Program-made: the position numbers and the translations under genes
Origin: an archaeon
GTDB lineage: Archaea; EX4484-52; B79-G9
NCBI GenBank assembly: GCA_043813875.1
Contig: JBDRKP010000039.1
Location: 1 to 41,055 of the forward strand
Direction of reading: 5' to 3'
Length of the DNA: 41,055 bases
Notes under the pieces: model-generated
Database searches by the model: none
The model's input: only the letters and a program-made list of their open reading frames with translations
What the model was told of the DNA's origin: nothing
Part shown: in pieces, positions 36,846 to 41,055 of the stretch
How the letters are laid out: each line of letters starts with the position of its first letter
Position numbering within the stretch: position 1 is the first letter of the stretch

Positions 36846-38331
36846 GCATCCACTGCCTTGATTCCCTCAATTGCTTGACATCATTCTTGTAAAGATCGCG
36901 TATATCCGTAATCTTATAATACTCAGACAAAATCCGCCCGAACCCGAGCCCCCACGCAAGGACAGGTATATCACGCCCAAGCAGCGGCTTCACAACCTCC
37001 GGCCTGAATATGCCTGCTCCGCCAAGCTCAATCCACACCTTCTTGACCGGATGGAACACCTCAATCTCAGTCGACATCTCCGTATAAGGAAAATAAGCAG
37101 GCCTAAGCCGTACCCTGTCATAACCCATCTTCCTGTAGAACTCCTTGAGATAGCCGATAAGATGCCTGAAATTCGCATTCTCGTCTATGACAATGCCCTC
37201 GCTCTGATCGAACTCGAACAGATGCTTCCAGTCCATCGTCTCATTGCGGAACACTGACCCGAGCGAAAAATATTTCGCAGGAAGATCACTCTCTTTAAGT
37301 GCCGCAAGCGTCCTTGCAGAAAGCGCAGTCGTATGAGTCCTCAGAACTACCTTCCGTGCAATCGGCTCTGACCACTTGTATCCCCATCCGCTCGACTGGT
37401 CGTCACCCGATTCATGCATCTTCCTCACGCTATCGACCAGCCTTTTCGCCGGCAACTCACCGGGAGCCGCATTCAGGAAAAAGGTATCCTGCATATCGCG
37501 GGCAGGATGATCCTGCGGTATGAACAAAGCATCAAAATTCCAGAAAGACGTCTGGAATATCGGTCCCGTCATCTCCCTGAACCCAAGTTCAAGCCACAGC
37601 TTTCGCGCATACTCCCGCGCCTGATTCATGAAATGGCGCTTCCCGGGATACACCGGCTTGACAGCCGCAGCAACATTATACCTGCGCAGCCTGGCATTCT
37701 TCCACTCCCCTGACTTTATAAGCTCAGGAGTAAGCCTCGATACCTCTTTATCAATCTTGATCAGTCGCGCAACCTCCATTCCTTTGGGTGTCGCTTTCAC
37801 GCTCCTGATGATCCTTGACCCGTACTCGATAAGCCTTCGCGACTTCAAAAGCTCAAGCTCTTCGCGCGTCACTTTCTGCGTAGTGACTGCCCTCTTCAAA
37901 AGAAGCTCCTCAGGGCTGGGCTCTCCTGCAGCTTCTGTGCCTTTTTTCGTGATTTTTACGATTATTCCCTTGTTCGTGTTATCAAGATCAATATACCCCT
38001 TCCTCTTGGCATAGCCGATCGCCACATTCTTTCCGTCGAACTTGATGAACTCAAGCTTTGCTTCAGGCCCGATCTTGATTATCTGCTGGACCAGCCGTCT
38101 TTCCGGAAGACCGCTCCGTAAAGCCTCTTCCCCCTCTTTCGTGAGTTTTGCGATAAACGTCTCCTTCTCAATCATATCCGCAAGCTTTTCCTTCTGCAGC
38201 GTAAGAGATGCCCGGACAAGCGCAGACTGATCGTACTTTAAGAGAAGAGCAAGCTCATCCAGCGTCCTTTCCCTGCCATCCTGCACAGCCTTCAGAAGGA
38301 CTGCTTCATGGCTTTGAAGATTAAGAGTCAT
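36838..38331 (-). CDS. pheS: Phenylalanine--tRNA ligase alpha subunit (archaeal type)
   Basis: GLPE, FWNFDALFIPQDHPARDMQDTF, LRTHTT, FRNE, PAYFPYTE and GAGIFRPEV motifs. Confidence 0.97.
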   Translation of the reverse strand: MTLNLQSHEAVLLKAVQDGRERTLDELALLLKYDQSALVRASLTLQKEKLADMIEKETFIAKLTKEGEEALRSGLPERRLVQQIIKIGPEAKLEFIKFDGKNVAIGYAKRKGYIDLDNTNKGIIVKITKKGTEAAGEPSPEELLLKRAVTTQKVTREELELLKSRRLIEYGSRIIRSVKATPKGMEVARLIKIDKEVSRLTPELIKSGEWKNARLRRYNVAAAVKPVYPGKRHFMNQAREYARKLWLELGFREMTGPIFQTSFWNFDALFIPQDHPARDMQDTFFLNAAPGELPAKRLVDSVRKMHESGDDQSSGWGYKWSEPIARKVVLRTHTTALSARTLAALKESDLPAKYFSLGSVFRNETMDWKHLFEFDQSEGIVIDENANFRHLIGYLKEFYRKMGYDRVRLRPAYFPYTEMSTEIEVFHPVKKVWIELGGAGIFRPEVVKPLLGRDIPVLAWGLGFGRILSEYYKITDIRDLYKNDVKQLRESRQWMRG

Positions 38332-38402
38332 ATCATCACATGAAAAACTATATACGCATAGGTTTTTAAGTGTTTTATATGAATTGACATAATATACCGC
38401 AT

Positions 38403-38475
38403 GGGCTCGTAGATCAGTTGGCAGATTGCTGCGTTCGCAACGCAGAGGCCGCGGGTTCGAACCCCGCCGAGTCCA
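38403..38475 (+). tRNA. tRNA-Ala(CGC), intronless
   Basis: Acceptor stem GGGCTCG/CGAGTCC with G3-U70, anticodon arm CTGCG-TTCGCAA-CGCAG, T-arm GCGGG-TTCGAAC-CCCGC, discriminator A. Confidence 0.96.
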
Positions 38476-38578
38476 TCCATCACACCCGCATTCTCTGTGC
38501 CCAGTCCATTATACCACTAACCAGTATACAGCGCATCATATCGAAATCATTATATACTCCATAAGCACAATATATGTC

Positions 38579-38891
38579 TATAGTTCACGCCGTTACTACA
38601 TTAACAAATATAACCCAAATACAATAGGTGTTAACTATCCGGGCAAACCAAAGGTTTGCTGGATCCTAAAATCGCAAGGTGATTTTAAGGATTCTGGCAA
38701 ACTCTCGAGTTTGCTGAATCATAAAAATCGTAAAACGATTTTTAATGATCCGGGCGAATCTCAAAGATTCGCTGGACAGTAAAAATAGCATCTCTATTTT
38801 TACATGTATGGCAAAGACATTAGTCCATTTTGAACGTCAGTTCAAAAGCTTGGCATGTAAATGCCATGAAAAAGTTATGTCTTTGACTATA
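38579..38891 (+). repeat. Dispersed modular hairpin element, copy 3 (longest)
   Basis: Stem A TAGTTCACGCC/GGTGTTAACTA, three tandem H1+H2 units (starts 38637, 38691, 38748), stem B CAAAGACAT/ATGTCTTTG enclosing one hairpin pair; ends TATAGT...ACTATA. Confidence 0.82.
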
Positions 38892-38915
38892 ATCAAATCA
38901 TAATAGGTGAAACAT

Positions 38916-39134
38916 ATGGGCAAAATTAACATTGAAGTGGAATTCGGCGAAAGCGCAGGCAAAGTCTGGACTGCACTGAACAGCAAAGGCGACAAATCAG
39001 CAACAGAGCTTGCAAAAGAGACAAAACTCAAACCAAACGACGTCTACATTGCACTAGGCTGGCTAAGCCGCGAAGGAAAAATCACGGCAATCAAGAAAAA
39101 AACCGGAATAACATACGGCCTTTCAGAGATATAG
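38916..39134 (+). CDS. Small winged-helix protein (DUF2582-like)
   Basis: GE.AGKVW.AL and ALGWL.REGKI motifs; AGGTGA RBS before ATG 38916. Confidence 0.82.
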   Translation: MGKINIEVEFGESAGKVWTALNSKGDKSATELAKETKLKPNDVYIALGWLSREGKITAIKKKTGITYGLSEI

Positions 39135-39219
39135 CCAACATTTCCATATCTCAAAACGCACAGTTAGAAGAAATGCCATCTTCTCTAGATATAAATAGAG
39201 TAATCCAGATAATAACTCC

Positions 39220-40080
39220 ATGGACATCTCGACAGGCATACTATTCGGCATAATCGCGATGATCAGCTGGGGAGCAGCCGACATCTTCGCCGCAAAAGCA
39301 TCAAGAACCGCAGGCGTATTCAGGACAGTATTCTGGAGCCAGGCAATCAGCGCAATCATCTATCTTCTCGTATACCCATTCATGTTCAAAGCACCATCAA
39401 TATCAGAAACCACAATCATCCTGATCCTCATCACGGGGCTTCTTAGCGTCGTCTCATATCTTGCATTCTACAAAGGCCTCGAAGTAGGAAAAGTATCGAT
39501 AATCAGCCCGGTTGTCGCATGCTGGGCAGCAGTCACAGTGATCCTGAGCCTGATCTTTCTCAACGAATCACTCGCTTATCATCAGGCAATAGGTGTCTTC
39601 TTTGCGATACTGGGCGCGATACTCTCATCATTCCGTCTGCGCGACATCCTGAAACTGAAAGCAAGGAAATTCGAGACAGGCATAAGATACGCATTATTCA
39701 CAATGTTGGGAACTGCAATAATATTCATATTGATGGATATCATCGTAGCAGAACTTGGCTGGTTCCTGCCAATGTTTCTAATAAGGGCAGCAGCAGTATT
39801 TTATTTACTGGCATACGCATTCACGGTAAAAAAAGACATATCATTCCCAAAAAACAGCGCATCCTTTCTCGCCATCATAGGCATTCTTGAAGTCATCGGC
39901 TTTCTCGCCTACGGGATCGGCATCACCAAAGAATACACTGCAATAGTCGCCCCGGTTGCAGCATCATTCCCCATGGTCACGATAATCCTTGCAAGAATAT
40001 TCTTAAAAGAGACACTAGAACTCAACCAGAAGATAGGAGTTGTCTCAGTCGTATGCGGACTCATCCTCTTGTCACTCTAA
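39220..40080 (+). CDS. EamA/DMT-family transporter
   Basis: About 10 TM helices in two repeats; FYKGL..G.VS..SP and LA.IFLKE motifs. Confidence 0.9.
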   Translation: MDISTGILFGIIAMISWGAADIFAAKASRTAGVFRTVFWSQAISAIIYLLVYPFMFKAPSISETTIILILITGLLSVVSYLAFYKGLEVGKVSIISPVVACWAAVTVILSLIFLNESLAYHQAIGVFFAILGAILSSFRLRDILKLKARKFETGIRYALFTMLGTAIIFILMDIIVAELGWFLPMFLIRAAAVFYLLAYAFTVKKDISFPKNSASFLAIIGILEVIGFLAYGIGITKEYTAIVAPVAASFPMVTIILARIFLKETLELNQKIGVVSVVCGLILLSL

Positions 40081-40083
40081 AAT

Positions 40084-41055
40084 TCACTTGACAAGAAACT
40101 TATCAATCTGCTCTTTGGCCTTCTCTCTTTTCTTCTGGTGCTCTTCCAAAAATCGGGCAGTATAATCAATGCAGCGCTTCTTGCATTCGCCGCACATGAT
40201 CTTGCCACTGGCGCATTCATCATATATCCTGCCAAGCTCCGCATCATCATCCACGAGATGGAACTTGTAGAGATCAAAAATAGTGCACTTCTGTGGCTGC
40301 CCTCCAAGCCGCTTCTGCTCCTCAAGCGTGTCCCGCCCGCCTGTAAGCGCCCTCTTCACCTTGCTCTCCACATCTTTTCTCGTATCAGTAAGAGCTATAT
40401 AGGTCGTCGGGTCGCTGGAACTCATCTTCGCGCCGGTCAGCCCTTTCTGGTACTTGTGATAAGTGGACGAAGGCAAAATGAAATTATACTCGCTCTTGAA
40501 CCGCGCAGCGATATCCCGCGTCAGCCTGAGATGCGGGTCCTGGTCAGTCCCAACAGGAACGACAGTAGGCGTAGGCTTACCCATATCAATCTGCGGATAG
40601 AGGATGTCAGCAGCCTGGGTGAGCGCAGAGACGATCTTCCCGGTAGTAAGCTCCCCATAAATCGCGCGAAGCTCATTGAAAGTGACCTTCTTTGCGAAAT
40701 ACTTTGAAAGCACATTGTAATCATTCACAAAATCGCTCTGGAAATAGAAAGTGCACCTCTCAGGCTTCAAGCCGAGAGCAATATAATTCAGCAGATACTC
40801 ATTGACAGCAAGCTCCTTCATCGTCTTCGCATCCATCCCCCGCGTAAGATAAGCCTCCACATCAGCGACACACACATAGCAATGCGCCCCCATCTCCTGG
40901 AAATACACCATCTCGTCAGCCACCATCTTATGCCCAAGATGCATCTTCCCCGACGGCATAAGCCCGGTAAGCATGATAAACGGCTTCTTGTTCTTCATCG
41001 CTTGAGCGATACGCCTGAAATCCCGGTGACCGTATATGATTCCCCTGCGCATATA
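40084..41055 (-). CDS. trpS: Tryptophan--tRNA ligase (N-terminus lies outside the window)
   Basis: TGLMPSGKMHLGH, QAADIL, VPVGTDQDPH, KMSSS, ALTGG and CGECK motifs. Confidence 0.95.
   Translation of the reverse strand, partial: YMRRGIIYGHRDFRRIAQAMKNKKPFIMLTGLMPSGKMHLGHKMVADEMVYFQEMGAHCYVCVADVEAYLTRGMDAKTMKELAVNEYLLNYIALGLKPERCTFYFQSDFVNDYNVLSKYFAKKVTFNELRAIYGELTTGKIVSALTQAADILYPQIDMGKPTPTVVPVGTDQDPHLRLTRDIAARFKSEYNFILPSSTYHKYQKGLTGAKMSSSDPTTYIALTDTRKDVESKVKRALTGGRDTLEEQKRLGGQPQKCTIFDLYKFHLVDDDAELGRIYDECASGKIMCGECKKRCIDYTARFLEEHQKKREKAKEQIDKFLVK

Noticed and set aside
38403..38475. Integrated element at tRNA-Ala or tRNA-Asn
   Set aside because: I found no duplicated tRNA 3' end and no integrase gene in the window.
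38637..38806. CRISPR interpretation of the tandem hairpin units
   Set aside because: The would-be spacers are themselves homologous hairpins and the repeats vary with covariation, unlike CRISPR arrays.
38426..39031. ORFs 38426-38782 (+) and 38837-39031 (-)
   Set aside because: They overlap tRNA-Ala, the hairpin element or the wHTH gene; not credible proteins.

Overview
Archaeal chromosome segment (GatE, archaeal-type PheRS, PoK/PPS CoA enzymes, BHB-type tRNA intron, TATA boxes about 25 nt before many start codons). A DPANN-like host is plausible from the giant Ig-repeat surface protein and the small disulfide-rich exported proteins, but this is inference. In order: the 5' end of an IS200/IS605 element whose tnpA is missing from the ORF track; tRNA-Asn with a T-loop intron; a CoA cluster (DPCK-PPAT fusion, and a panD-PoK-PPS-[HPS-RraA] operon); alanine dehydrogenase; hicBA; argS; a 3285-aa surface protein; nucleoside/MTA salvage genes (pfkB, apt, mtnP, mtnA); a membrane-tethered wHTH regulator followed by exported proteins; an MtaB-like methylthiotransferase; an AT-rich 3-gene cassette bounded by 28-bp imperfect direct repeats; pheS-ORF-methyltransferase-pheT-gatE; tRNA-Ala; a wHTH protein; EamA; and partial trpS. 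The most striking unexplained signals are (1) three copies of a modular non-coding hairpin element with compensatory base changes (19513, 27965, 38579) and (2) the HPS-RraA fusion coupled to pantothenate genes, which may replace PanB. All product calls come from motif recognition, not database searches.
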